Below, in pieces: positions 49,895-60,076 of a DNA stretch of 64,000 nt; the stretch's first letter is position 1, and each line of letters opens with the position of its first letter. Position numbers and translations under genes: made by a program. Below the pieces are notes generated by a model. It saw nothing but the letters and a program-made list of their open reading frames with translations. It was not told the DNA's origin and did no database searches. Origin of the DNA: Candidatus Enterousia sp. (lineage in GTDB: Bacteria > Pseudomonadota > Alphaproteobacteria > Rs-D84); assembly GCA_045651525.1 (NCBI GenBank), contig JAZRSO010000031.1, forward strand, positions 3,219 through 67,218. Reading direction: 5' to 3'.

Positions 49895-50641
49895 TTATTT
49901 CAAATAAAATGTTATCGTGGCGACAACACGAACCTTTTTATTTATCGCCTGACGTTCATTGGATGACCAGCTGTCGGTTGGGTCACGCGATTCGATACTG
50001 AACACACCCTGATTCGCACTTTTAATTTTGCCCAGTTTGGCATCTGCGTCTTTGGCAAATTGCTGACCCGCGGCGGTGGCGTTTTTGGTTGCCTGCTCTA
50101 TCATCGATATTTTGATATCGTTCAGGCCGTTAAAGATATAAATTGGGCCGGAATAATCTTCGGTAATGGTAATGCCACGACGAACCAATTCGCCCATACG
50201 ACGGGAAACACTGTCCACCAATTCAACATTATGCGAACGAACCATTACACCTGTTTCAATCACATAGCGACCGTCATTTTGCTGATTCTTTAATTCTGCA
50301 TCGGAATAGCCTGCATATTTATCGCGAACCTGAACACGTAAATTCTGAATATCTGATGGCGCAAAACCAGAATCTGTTAAGAATTTATGAATTTCTGCCA
50401 AATCGTTATCAATTTCTTGTTGCAAGACAGTTAAATCACCACCAACACCATTGATTTTTATGTTCCATACGGCCGTATCTGCGACAACGTCGCGTTCGGC
50501 CAAACCCTTGACCGTGACAGTGCGCCCAGACATCGCGCGATAAATGCCGTCGCCAATAAAAAATCCACCCAGTGCAACACCAACCGCCAGCACAGACAGC
50601 CACAATCCAGAAACCGATTTTAATTTATTTGTAATCTTCAT
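49895..50641 (-). CDS. SIMPL (DUF541) domain protein
   Basis: TM anchor, TVTVKGLAERDVVADTAVWNI, C-terminal VRVVATITFYLK. Start ATG 50641 with SD GGGGGG. Confidence 0.7.
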   Translation of the reverse strand: MKITNKLKSVSGLWLSVLAVGVALGGFFIGDGIYRAMSGRTVTVKGLAERDVVADTAVWNIKINGVGGDLTVLQQEIDNDLAEIHKFLTDSGFAPSDIQNLRVQVRDKYAGYSDAELKNQQNDGRYVIETGVMVRSHNVELVDSVSRRMGELVRRGITITEDYSGPIYIFNGLNDIKISMIEQATKNATAAGQQFAKDADAKLGKIKSANQGVFSIESRDPTDSWSSNERQAINKKVRVVATITFYLK

Positions 50642-50699
50642 AAATCCCCCCAATGTTTTATATAGCTAAATTTACATTAATCGTGCGACGATATCAAGA

Positions 50700-51380
50700 C
50701 TAAATATCTTGGATTATTTTGCCAATCACATAATTCGCCAAATTCAGACCAAAACAACCCGTTACTGTTATCACAGACCCCAGATTCTTGGCGTGTCCGG
50801 TTACAGGTTGCGGAACCTGTGTTGAATAAACAACCGGAATGTCTGGCAAATCTAAATCACGCACCATACGACGAACACGCGCAGCCAATGGGCATACACT
50901 TGTCTTGGACAATGGCGCGATTTTTATTTGCGATATATCTGTTTTTGACGCTGCCCCCATACTGGAAATAATCGGCACATTGTGCGCGTGCGCCCATTTG
51001 TATAACGCAACCTTGGATTCCACAGTATCAATCGCATCAATTATAAAGTCTGGCATAACATCAATTTGGGACGCATCGTCAAAAAACATATTTAACGCAG
51101 TCACATGAATTTCTGGATTTATGTCATAAATACGATTTTTCGCGACAGATACCTTGGGCTGACCAACTGTACTGTCCAGTGCAAACAGCTGGCGATTTAT
51201 GTTTGATTCTTCAACCGTATCAAAATCAACAACAATCAAATGACCAATGCCGGAACGGGCCAGTGCCTCTATTGCAAAGGAACCAACAGCACCGCACCCC
51301 ACAACCATAACTGTTGCGGTTTGTAATTTCTGGGTGCCGTCGTCGCCAAATAATAACCTTGTTCTGTGTAATCGTGTCAT
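50700..51380 (-). CDS. tcdA: tRNA threonylcarbamoyladenosine dehydratase (ThiF/HesA family, TcdA-like)
   Basis: VMVVGCGAVGSFAIEALARSGIGHLIVVDFDTVEESNINRQ. Confidence 0.75.
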   Translation of the reverse strand: MTRLHRTRLLFGDDGTQKLQTATVMVVGCGAVGSFAIEALARSGIGHLIVVDFDTVEESNINRQLFALDSTVGQPKVSVAKNRIYDINPEIHVTALNMFFDDASQIDVMPDFIIDAIDTVESKVALYKWAHAHNVPIISSMGAASKTDISQIKIAPLSKTSVCPLAARVRRMVRDLDLPDIPVVYSTQVPQPVTGHAKNLGSVITVTGCFGLNLANYVIGKIIQDI

Positions 51381-52057
51381 TTCTTTAACATCCGAATTGT
51401 ATTTGCATATATTATATCTGCCATTTTTTCAGGCGCAACATCCAAAATTTCTGCAATATGATTCACAACCATTATGACATCATTGGGATTTTTGCTGTCT
51501 GTTTCTGCAATAATTCTGGTCAGTGGCGTCGCATGCAGGCGTGCAACATTCTGCAAATTGCGCGGTCCATAAGAAAAATACATATTATACCGTTCTGCCA
51601 TTTCTGGAATATCAAGCGCACTGCCCGTATGCCCATGCGACAAAATAAATTGCGGCAACTTGTTCTGGTTTGTCTTTAAAATATGTAACACTTTATCCCA
51701 TGCGCCAACACAATGCAGCGACACACCACGTTCCAGTTCACACGCCATACGAATTTGCGTTTCAAATACAGATATTTGGGTATTTAAGTCTGGTTTAAAT
51801 TTATCAAGTCCGATTTCCCCGATATGTAAACATGGATTATTTATCAGAATGTCGCGCAAGGTTTCCGCCCAACCAGCAGGCAAATCCGATACAAACCACG
51901 GATGTACGCCAACCGCGCCATAAATGTCATCATCCACATCCACCGCCCCCATAATTTCAAACCAATCGGATGGGCGTGTGGCATTATACACCGCCCCAAC
52001 ATTTAATAGTATTGGGTTATCTGATGTGTGACAATGTGCATCAATATATTTTGTCAT
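51377..52057 (-). CDS. TatD family metal-dependent hydrolase
   Basis: IDAHCH N-terminal motif, EIGLD, LHC, SHGHTGS, ETDS. Confidence 0.8.
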   Translation of the reverse strand: MTKYIDAHCHTSDNPILLNVGAVYNATRPSDWFEIMGAVDVDDDIYGAVGVHPWFVSDLPAGWAETLRDILINNPCLHIGEIGLDKFKPDLNTQISVFETQIRMACELERGVSLHCVGAWDKVLHILKTNQNKLPQFILSHGHTGSALDIPEMAERYNMYFSYGPRNLQNVARLHATPLTRIIAETDSKNPNDVIMVVNHIAEILDVAPEKMADIIYANTIRMLKK

Positions 52058-52098
52058 TTGTTATCAAAAAACCTGCAACCGCAGGTTTTATTGTGTTT

Positions 52099-52905
52099 TT
52101 AATCTAAACCCTTTAACAAAATTTCTTTCATTTCGTTTGGCATCATACCTGTTGAAGAATAACCACAGTCAACATGGTGAACTTCGCCTGTAACGCCGCT
52201 GGACAATTCACTGAACAGATACATTGCGGCACCACTGACATCATCCAAAGTCATATTGCGACGCAATGGTGTTGTTTCTGCATTTAAGCGCAACATCGCC
52301 TTGAAGCCACCGACACCACTGGATGCCAATGTCATAATTGGGCCCGCACTGATTGCGTTTACGCGAATATTATCACGCCCCAGGTCAGATGCCAGATAAC
52401 GAACACTGCTGTCCAGGGCAGATTTCGCAACACCCATTACGTTGTAATTTGGAACAGACTTTTCCCCGCCGAAATATGTCAGGGTAACAACGCTGCCCCC
52501 GTTATGCATCAATTTAGACGCGCGTCTGGTTATATCAACCAGTGAATACACAGATATATCCATTGTGTTCTTGAAATTATCACGTGTTGTATCGGCATAA
52601 CGACCCGTCAATTCGTTTTTATCTGAAAATGCAATCGCATGCAGAACACCGTCCAAGTGTCCCCATTCCGCTTCTATCTTGGCAAACAAGTCGTCCATCT
52701 GTTCATCATTTTGGACATTACATTCTTGGACAAATTTGGCACCAATTGATTCTGCCAATGGGCGAACGCGTTTTTCCAACGCAGGCATCGCATATGGCAT
52801 CGCAATTTCAGCCCCCATTTCATGCGCACGTTTGGCAATTGCCCATGCCATTGACCAGTCGTTCGCAACGCCAGTAATTAAAATCTTTTTTCCCTGTAAC
52901 AACAT
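52099..52905 (-). CDS. fabI: enoyl-ACP reductase FabI
   Basis: GKKILITGVANDWSMAWAIAK, Y..MGVAKSAL catalytic Tyr/Lys region. Confidence 0.92.
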   Translation of the reverse strand: MLLQGKKILITGVANDWSMAWAIAKRAHEMGAEIAMPYAMPALEKRVRPLAESIGAKFVQECNVQNDEQMDDLFAKIEAEWGHLDGVLHAIAFSDKNELTGRYADTTRDNFKNTMDISVYSLVDITRRASKLMHNGGSVVTLTYFGGEKSVPNYNVMGVAKSALDSSVRYLASDLGRDNIRVNAISAGPIMTLASSGVGGFKAMLRLNAETTPLRRNMTLDDVSGAAMYLFSELSSGVTGEVHHVDCGYSSTGMMPNEMKEILLKGLD

Positions 52906-52992
52906 ATATAAATCCTTTGGTAATATGTATAAAATATATCATTAAAAACATACAATCGCAATAAGTAAAAACGCCCGAGTGGGAGTTTATAT

Positions 52993-54786
52993 CTATTCTG
53001 TGATTTCGCCTTTGAACTGCATATCATACAGTGTTTTATATGCACCACATTCCAGTTTTAACAATTCATCATGCGTACCGCTTTCAACGATTTCACCATG
53101 ATTTATCACGACAATCTTGGACGCGTTTCTGATGGTTGATAATCTGTGTGCAATAACAAACACAGTTTTATCCTGCATCAGGTTTTCAATTGCTTTTTGT
53201 ACGACTGCCTCGGACTTGTTATCAAGGGCGGATGTCGCTTCGTCTAGAATCAAGATTGGGGCGTTTTTCAGAAATGCGCGCGCAATCGCAATACGCTGTT
53301 TTTGACCACCAGACAGCAACACACCGCGTTCACCAATCTGGGTATCAAGGCCATTATTTAAGCCCGCAATAAATTCATCCAAGCACGCCATTTTAATCGC
53401 TTTGTTTAATTGCTCTTCTGTTGCGCTTTGGTCGCCCAACAAGATATTTTCACGAATTGTGCCGGCGAACAAGAAATTATCTTGGAACACAACAGCGATA
53501 TTTTCACGTAATGAATGTAATGTAAAATCACGAATATCTGTGCCATCAACACATAACTTGCCCCCTGTTACGTCATAAAAACGTGGCAACAAACTGACCA
53601 ACGTGGATTTTCCACCACCAGAATTACCGACAAGGGCAATAACCTCGCCCTGGTTGACGGTTAAGTTGATATTTTTTAACACAGGAACATCTTTAATGTA
53701 CTGGAATGAAACATTTTGGAATTCAATTTGTTTATGCATCGCAGGCATCTGAATCGCATCAGGTTTATCCTTGATTGCAGGAACAGAATCCAAGATGCCA
53801 AACACACGTTCAATCGCCATAAACGACATCAATACAGAATTATAGGTTGAACCCATACTCTTCATCGGTGTGTACAACATAATCAATGCCGCCAAGAAAG
53901 ATACAAATGCACCACTGGTAATAACGTCATTTAATATCAAAAATGACCCAAACCAAATCGCCAAACCAATACCAAAAGACAACACAATATGCATAACAGG
54001 TGTAACCCATCTGGTACGCTTTATCAATTTTAAGCGCAAATTAAAAACAGAATCTAAAACAGTTGCGAACTTCTGTTGCTGATAATCTGTCAAATTATAT
54101 GCAGTAATCGTCTTGTTGCCCGCATAAGATTCATTATACGCAGTAATCAATGCAGAATCCGCCAATATAGATTTATCAAACACAGACTTTATTTTCTTTT
54201 TCAATGTCATCATAGGTATCATCGCACCAAACAATACCGCGACACAGATAATAGCCAACTGCCACGAATTAAAAAATAACACAAATATCAAAGACACAGC
54301 AGTTACAACCTTTTGAACCAGATTTTTCAAGTTCGTTAGCAACCCCGAACATGCCATATCAGCATTGTTATTAAAGGTAAATATAACATCGCCAGAATTT
54401 CTTTTGTTAAAAAACTCTGTTTCAAAAAACAGCATTTTCTTGTACAAATCCAGTTTCAGCGCATTCGTAATTTTATTACCAGACCATGCGTTCAAATAAT
54501 TCGACAAATAAGTTAAAACACCTTGAACAGATGTAAATAAAATTATCGCCAAGGGAATATACCATGCAGTTTGGACAGATTTTTCAACCATAACCAAATC
54601 CATATATGGTTTTAAAGACAATGCAATTACCGCATCCAATGACCCCACAGGTATTGCCAAGACCAACGACATAACACCACGAAACCAATATGGTTTTACA
54701 TACGGCCACATACGTTTGTAATTCACAACAAACATATTGCGCAACAGCTTGTTTTTTAATTCTTTTGATAACTTTTCTTTTGCCAT
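52993..54786 (-). CDS. ABC exporter, fused permease/ATPase (MsbA-like)
   Basis: Six-TM domain plus Walker A GNSGGGKST, signature LSGGQKQR, Walker B ILILDEATS. Start ATG 54786. Confidence 0.85.
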   Translation of the reverse strand: MAKEKLSKELKNKLLRNMFVVNYKRMWPYVKPYWFRGVMSLVLAIPVGSLDAVIALSLKPYMDLVMVEKSVQTAWYIPLAIILFTSVQGVLTYLSNYLNAWSGNKITNALKLDLYKKMLFFETEFFNKRNSGDVIFTFNNNADMACSGLLTNLKNLVQKVVTAVSLIFVLFFNSWQLAIICVAVLFGAMIPMMTLKKKIKSVFDKSILADSALITAYNESYAGNKTITAYNLTDYQQQKFATVLDSVFNLRLKLIKRTRWVTPVMHIVLSFGIGLAIWFGSFLILNDVITSGAFVSFLAALIMLYTPMKSMGSTYNSVLMSFMAIERVFGILDSVPAIKDKPDAIQMPAMHKQIEFQNVSFQYIKDVPVLKNINLTVNQGEVIALVGNSGGGKSTLVSLLPRFYDVTGGKLCVDGTDIRDFTLHSLRENIAVVFQDNFLFAGTIRENILLGDQSATEEQLNKAIKMACLDEFIAGLNNGLDTQIGERGVLLSGGQKQRIAIARAFLKNAPILILDEATSALDNKSEAVVQKAIENLMQDKTVFVIAHRLSTIRNASKIVVINHGEIVESGTHDELLKLECGAYKTLYDMQFKGEITE

Positions 54787-54901
54787 AACTATATCTACTT
54801 TATATTTTCCGAACGAATTATGACCCAATGCATACAGAAAGTCAACCACGCTTATTTATACGACCTTGCAAATATTCCCAAGACTTGGTATAATTTCACA
54901 G

Positions 54902-56122
54902 ATGGCAAAAAAATTCAGTGACATTTCTGTAAAGCGTGCTTTAAACTGGTTAAAACTGGGGTGGTTTTTGCACCATTTTATGCTAATCGTTCCTGTTATA
55001 ATTCTTGTTTACACACAAAAAGGTATAACTGTCGGCGATTTCTTTTTGATTCAAGGAATGTTTCGTCTGGCGGCGTTTTTATTTGAAATTCCATCTGGGT
55101 ATATGTCAGACAGGTTCAGCCGCAAACGTGTTATGATTGCAGGCGCATTGTTTTCATTTCTGGGTTTTGCCATTGTCGCAGTCGCATACGGTTTTTGGGC
55201 GTTGGTACTGGGCGAAGCATTGTTGGGGATTTCAAGCGCCCTATTCTCGGGCACACTGGAGGCATACACATACGACCTTATGAAACGCAACAAAAGCCAA
55301 AAAGAATTCTTGCGCGAATTCGGCAACATCACCACTTTTGCAAGTCTTGCAACATTTTTATCTGCCATACTGGGCGGAATATTATACGGAATTGTCGGTG
55401 CAAATGGTATTTTGTGGCTGGAAACAGTATTTGCAGCCGCATCTGTTATTGTGTTGCTGTTTATCCCCGAATTGTCCGAGGTTAAACGCACCGTCAAAAA
55501 CAAGACTGCCATTGCAGATGCAATATCTGTTACAACAACAACATTAAAAAACCCAAGACTGCGGAATTTGATTTTATTCCCGTCACTGTTCGGTGCATTT
55601 ACAATTGTAATGCTGTGGATTATGCAACCAATTATGGAAACATCACGCGTTCCTGTCAGTTTGTTTGGCGTTTATTTTGGTATTACACAGGTGGCATCTA
55701 TATTCTTTTCAAAATATGCTTATAAAATCTGTGGCAAACTGGGCGAGATTTCAGTATCTGTCATCACAATCGCAACCGTTATTACCGGTGCAATAATGGG
55801 ACTGATTGCCATGCATACAGCCAATATGCCAATTATTTATACCGCGTGTGCAATAATGGCAATTGTACCAGCAATTCGTATGCTGAACAACCTGCAATAT
55901 AATACACTGATTCATCACAGTATTAAATCAACCGAACGCGGTACTGTTTTATCAACACGCGCAATGATGTCAACTTTGCTGGGGGCAGTGTTCTTGATTT
56001 CTGCAAAATTCTTGATGGATGGTTTCGGCATAAACACAACGTTGATTTTTGTTTTAATTATGACAATATTATTGGTATTTTCTTTGAAATGCACCGCAAA
56101 ATATATAAACCAAGGAAAATAA
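54902..56122 (+). CDS. MFS transporter
   Basis: About 12 hydrophobic segments. GYMSDRFSRKRVM loop (MFS motif A-like). Confidence 0.75.
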   Translation: MAKKFSDISVKRALNWLKLGWFLHHFMLIVPVIILVYTQKGITVGDFFLIQGMFRLAAFLFEIPSGYMSDRFSRKRVMIAGALFSFLGFAIVAVAYGFWALVLGEALLGISSALFSGTLEAYTYDLMKRNKSQKEFLREFGNITTFASLATFLSAILGGILYGIVGANGILWLETVFAAASVIVLLFIPELSEVKRTVKNKTAIADAISVTTTTLKNPRLRNLILFPSLFGAFTIVMLWIMQPIMETSRVPVSLFGVYFGITQVASIFFSKYAYKICGKLGEISVSVITIATVITGAIMGLIAMHTANMPIIYTACAIMAIVPAIRMLNNLQYNTLIHHSIKSTERGTVLSTRAMMSTLLGAVFLISAKFLMDGFGINTTLIFVLIMTILLVFSLKCTAKYINQGK

Positions 56123-56123
56123 T

Positions 56124-56894
56124 ATGTCTAAAATAATCAAACTATTTGAACAGCATACAAACTGTGATGACGTTTTGCATATGGTATACGGCATATCCAG
56201 TAATGAATACTTTGACTGTGTTTTTGTTGTGCCCCACTGGGATATATATAAAATATTTACAGACAACGACGTAACTATTGAATTATTTGCAAAAACAGAC
56301 GATACAACCGCATACGAAATCAAACACAATAACAAAAGATATTTATATATAACATTGTCTATGGGCGCGCCAAACATCATCGATTTTTGTTTGGCGTGCT
56401 ATAAACTGAATTGCGATAAATATGTATTCTTGGGTTCGGTCGGGTCTTTGGTTCCAGAAATACGAATTGGAGATTTTATTATACCGGAATATTCAATATC
56501 TGGCGATGGCGCGTCACTGTATCTGAACGACACACTGGACACATCAAATATGTTCAAACCTGCATATTCTGACGCAACATTATCAAAAACAATCAAAGAT
56601 ATTTGCGCGTCTCAAAATATCACAGTCGCAGATGGCACGCCAATTTCTGTTGACAGTATATTTTGCGAATATGCGCACCTGGATGAATTTATAAAGATGG
56701 GTGCGAATGCAATTGAAATGGAAAGCGCCGCGTTTTTTGCAGCAATGAAATACATTAAAAAATCTGCGGCTGCTGTTTTGGTTGTGTCTGACAATACGTC
56801 GGCAAATCAGCCGCTGATGGACAAAGATGATTCCACACGCACAAAATACCGCACCGCCCGTCAAAATGTACAACAGATATTAAAACAGATATAA
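56124..56894 (+). CDS. nucleoside phosphorylase family protein (PNP_UDP_1 fold)
   Basis: FLGSVGSL, GDFIIPEYSISGDGAS, ANAIEMESAAFF. Starts 1 nt after the MFS stop. Confidence 0.75.
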   Translation: MSKIIKLFEQHTNCDDVLHMVYGISSNEYFDCVFVVPHWDIYKIFTDNDVTIELFAKTDDTTAYEIKHNNKRYLYITLSMGAPNIIDFCLACYKLNCDKYVFLGSVGSLVPEIRIGDFIIPEYSISGDGASLYLNDTLDTSNMFKPAYSDATLSKTIKDICASQNITVADGTPISVDSIFCEYAHLDEFIKMGANAIEMESAAFFAAMKYIKKSAAAVLVVSDNTSANQPLMDKDDSTRTKYRTARQNVQQILKQI

Positions 56895-56956
56895 AAAATG
56901 TTTGTTTTTATTTATCTGTATTATTATAATCAAAAAAAACAATAAAAGGAAAGGCC

Positions 56957-58105
56957 ATGAAAAAAATCTTGTTATTGACGGGTATTTGTATTTTATCTGC
57001 ATGTGGTGGTGGCGGTGGTTCAACACCAATCAGCGGTGGTGCAACAGCCGGCAAACCTGCCGAAGGGCGACCAAATGTAAAAGAAGACGGCTTTCCACGC
57101 GAAACATGGATCAACAACAGTAAAGTTACATCTATGATGTCACAGATATTCATTCCAAAAGGCAATGTCGGCGATGGATATAACATGTACACATTGCAAG
57201 ATGTAAAGTTTATATCCAGTGACGATACACCAACAGATGAAGACTATATAACGTTTGATATAAATGATAAAACTGGTGTAATTGAAAAATTAATAATACA
57301 TGATGATACAGATACAATAACTATGGAACGCGATAGAGATAATATATTTAATATCCCTGGGTACAAGTATCAAATTCCATATATGTCAGATGGTGAACCC
57401 AAAGTGTGGACATCTAAAATTTTCTTGACCAAGATTACAGACGAAAGCGCAATTATTGCCCAAATTACAGATGAAAATATACCCGCAGATAAAAAAGATG
57501 CTATTCTGGCGAATTTTGATAAAGGCGAATGGGGCAGTTACTTATTAACCAGCACATTCCAAATGTTCGGTAAAGATATTGGCAGCAAAAACGGTCTGCA
57601 ATATTCTGACTTTGGGTATAATACCACAAAAGTATCTGATGGTCGGCTGTTTGATTACGATGTTGTTGCCGGTGGGTATACAATATACCAAATTCCAGCA
57701 GATAAGATAGCCAGTCAATCGCTTACTTTTACAGGAAAAGCGGTTGGAACTATCAGCTATACCGATACAGAAGGTAAGCAAATAAGTGAAATTTCAACAG
57801 ATAACAATGCGACAAAGTTAGTATTTAATAACGGCAAAGAAACGCTAACCATGCCATTTAACGAATATTATACAGTTATTGTTGAAAAAGAAGGCGATAA
57901 TTCAAATATCAAGTTTACTGATTGGGAAGGCAAAGATTCAAAATTCAAATTTACAAATGAAACAGCGACACCTGACAATGCATGGATTATGTATTACGGC
58001 AAAGACAATAATCCATCTGAAGCAGTTGGAACCATTGAACACAGCGAAGATTCTGAAAACAGACCTACATTTAATGCAGGATTTGGTGCGCAAGTTACAC
58101 AATAA
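56957..58105 (+). CDS. surface/periplasmic lipoprotein, C-terminal TbpB-like beta-barrel suspected
   Basis: Lipobox LSACGGGGGS. C-terminal LQYSDFGY..VVAGGY..LTFTGKAVGTISY pattern is reminiscent of TbpB/fHbp-type lipoprotein barrels. Confidence 0.6.
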   Translation: MKKILLLTGICILSACGGGGGSTPISGGATAGKPAEGRPNVKEDGFPRETWINNSKVTSMMSQIFIPKGNVGDGYNMYTLQDVKFISSDDTPTDEDYITFDINDKTGVIEKLIIHDDTDTITMERDRDNIFNIPGYKYQIPYMSDGEPKVWTSKIFLTKITDESAIIAQITDENIPADKKDAILANFDKGEWGSYLLTSTFQMFGKDIGSKNGLQYSDFGYNTTKVSDGRLFDYDVVAGGYTIYQIPADKIASQSLTFTGKAVGTISYTDTEGKQISEISTDNNATKLVFNNGKETLTMPFNEYYTVIVEKEGDNSNIKFTDWEGKDSKFKFTNETATPDNAWIMYYGKDNNPSEAVGTIEHSEDSENRPTFNAGFGAQVTQ

Positions 58106-58137
58106 AAAAGACCGCCGAAACGGCGGTTTTTTATATC

Positions 58138-58731
58138 TTATCGAACACAGCCCGAATTGCACACACCTGTTTCCTTTAATGCACGACGCAGACAATTATA
58201 GTGCTGAACCCTGTCACGCAGATAATGATTATACAATGTTTTGTTATTACTTATCATTGTAACTGGGACACCCCTGTCCAGACAGCCAGACACAACCAAT
58301 GGACCGTCATCATAATGCATATCTGGTTTGATAATGTCTTTTAATATATCGGACTTTTTGCCATGCTGATCATAAACCTGATTAAACGAACATTTGATAC
58401 CTGCACGACGTAATTGATTAAATGTCTTTTCTGGCTGCTTGTATTTACGTTCTGTGACAAATAAAACCTCTAAATCCGGACGCGCCAATAAATCATTTAA
58501 AAGATAATGTATCTTTTTATCTAATACCGGCATCGAATACAGTAAATCATCGCCAAATAATTCAGACAAATTTTCAATTACAGTAATATTATCATACGAT
58601 TTATATATATCCCAATCTGTTGGTTTTACATACGGCGCATTGGCACGACGAAAAGCCTCTTGATACAAAGGGGTCATATCGAATATTACGTTATCTAAAT
58701 CCAGTGTTATTATTTTCTTGCTCATTTTCAA
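58138..58731 (-). CDS. HAD-superfamily nucleotidase (5'(3')-deoxyribonucleotidase-like)
   Basis: N-terminal DxDxV motif ITLDLDNVIF. Confidence 0.6.
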   Translation of the reverse strand: MKMSKKIITLDLDNVIFDMTPLYQEAFRRANAPYVKPTDWDIYKSYDNITVIENLSELFGDDLLYSMPVLDKKIHYLLNDLLARPDLEVLFVTERKYKQPEKTFNQLRRAGIKCSFNQVYDQHGKKSDILKDIIKPDMHYDDGPLVVSGCLDRGVPVTMISNNKTLYNHYLRDRVQHYNCLRRALKETGVCNSGCVR

Positions 58732-58790
58732 CCCTTATCATTTTGTGGGCTGATTATAACAACAAAATTTAGAATTCCAACTGTTATTTA

Positions 58791-59573
58791 TCAAACTATT
58801 TCAAGTTCAATTCCAACAATACCATATTTAGATTCCATGTCAGAATCATAAAACTTTGAAATCGCGGACATCAGTTTATCAAGGCTTAGGAACCCCGTTC
58901 TGGGAAAACTGATTTTAGTGGATAAATCTGCAAAACTTTTGGCAATATGCAACCGAACAATCTTGCATTTCATATAATCCGACGGATTTTGTGCATTATA
59001 AAATAAAATAATATCATTATTGCGCATCTTGCGACGCTTTTCATCATACAGACGCAGTTCTATATCTTTATCACCAGACTTTATCATATCGTAATAGGTG
59101 CTTTGCAAACTCATAGAAAATCGGCACGACAAATTTGGCACAATGTGCGTGGCACAAAATTCACGCATATCAGCCATCGGTGTAATTTCTGGTTTTAACA
59201 AATCGTTTGCGTCCAACCAAACAACAGAAATATCTTCACTACGTTTTTCAACAAATTGCAAATCCATATCAGATGGCACATGTACAACAAAGAAATGATG
59301 TTCTTCGGCATACGCGCCACGCTTTTCTGCACGCGCAATATCTGTATGACGAAACGAATACGGCACTGGAATTTCAACCAAGTTATCCATCAAGGCTGTT
59401 GCGCCTGTACCTAATTCTTCGGTCAGTTCGCGTCGCAAGGCAGTTTTAAAATCTTCGCCATCGTCCAAACGACCGCCAATAAAACCATAACCATTTTCGC
59501 CATAACGCAACATTGCAATACGCCCGTCACGCACAGGTATTATATACGCAGAAAAAGACATTTCTTTTATCAT
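58791..59573 (-). CDS. Nudix hydrolase fused to a C-terminal ASCH (PUA-like) domain
   Basis: Nudix box GGRLDDGEDFKTALRRELTEELG. C-terminal YYDMIKSGDKDIELRLYDEKRRKMRNNDIILF..IVRLHIAKSFADL fits the ASCH pattern. Confidence 0.7.
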   Translation of the reverse strand: MIKEMSFSAYIIPVRDGRIAMLRYGENGYGFIGGRLDDGEDFKTALRRELTEELGTGATALMDNLVEIPVPYSFRHTDIARAEKRGAYAEEHHFFVVHVPSDMDLQFVEKRSEDISVVWLDANDLLKPEITPMADMREFCATHIVPNLSCRFSMSLQSTYYDMIKSGDKDIELRLYDEKRRKMRNNDIILFYNAQNPSDYMKCKIVRLHIAKSFADLSTKISFPRTGFLSLDKLMSAISKFYDSDMESKYGIVGIELEIV

Positions 59574-60076
59574 TTGTCACCCCTTGGGTTAAATGGTTTG
59601 ATTGACAGTACGGTTATTTCCAATTCGCCAGACGGCATAACAACATTCGCCTGACCACCAACAGACAGCCCAATCAACGGCAATACAATCGGCATATTAT
59701 ATGCGTATATTTTATTTGAAATATCTTCGCCACCAAGTGGTACAATACTGAAAGTATTTTGCGTTATCGCACCAGAGTCTTGATTTTCTTGGGAAACAGT
59801 TACCGTACAATACAACCCAACACAATCTGTGTTCAAATTTGCGGACAATGGCGCAATTTGCATATTGTGAAATTCTGTAATCAAGTCCGCCAAATGACGT
59901 TCTGTCTGTTTTTCTTCACGCGTTAAATGTTCATATGCAAAGTTGTCATGCCATGAATTTGTATCTTGTGTATATGCCGCAGTTTTATCAGCACGAATTT
60001 TATCAAGCGTTACATTCAGTTCACGAATTCGCTTTTCTGCATCTGAAAAATATTCACGCGTTACAAACAGTTTCAT
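59570..60076 (-). CDS. GreA/GreB-family (Gre-factor-like) protein
   Basis: N-terminal coiled coil with WHDNFAYEH (compare GreA DLKENAEYH). C-terminal IYAYNMPIVLPLIGLSVGGQANVVMPSGELEITVLSI matches the GreA C-terminal domain. 4-nt overlaps at both ends. Confidence 0.7.
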   Translation of the reverse strand: MKLFVTREYFSDAEKRIRELNVTLDKIRADKTAAYTQDTNSWHDNFAYEHLTREEKQTERHLADLITEFHNMQIAPLSANLNTDCVGLYCTVTVSQENQDSGAITQNTFSIVPLGGEDISNKIYAYNMPIVLPLIGLSVGGQANVVMPSGELEITVLSIKPFNPRGDK

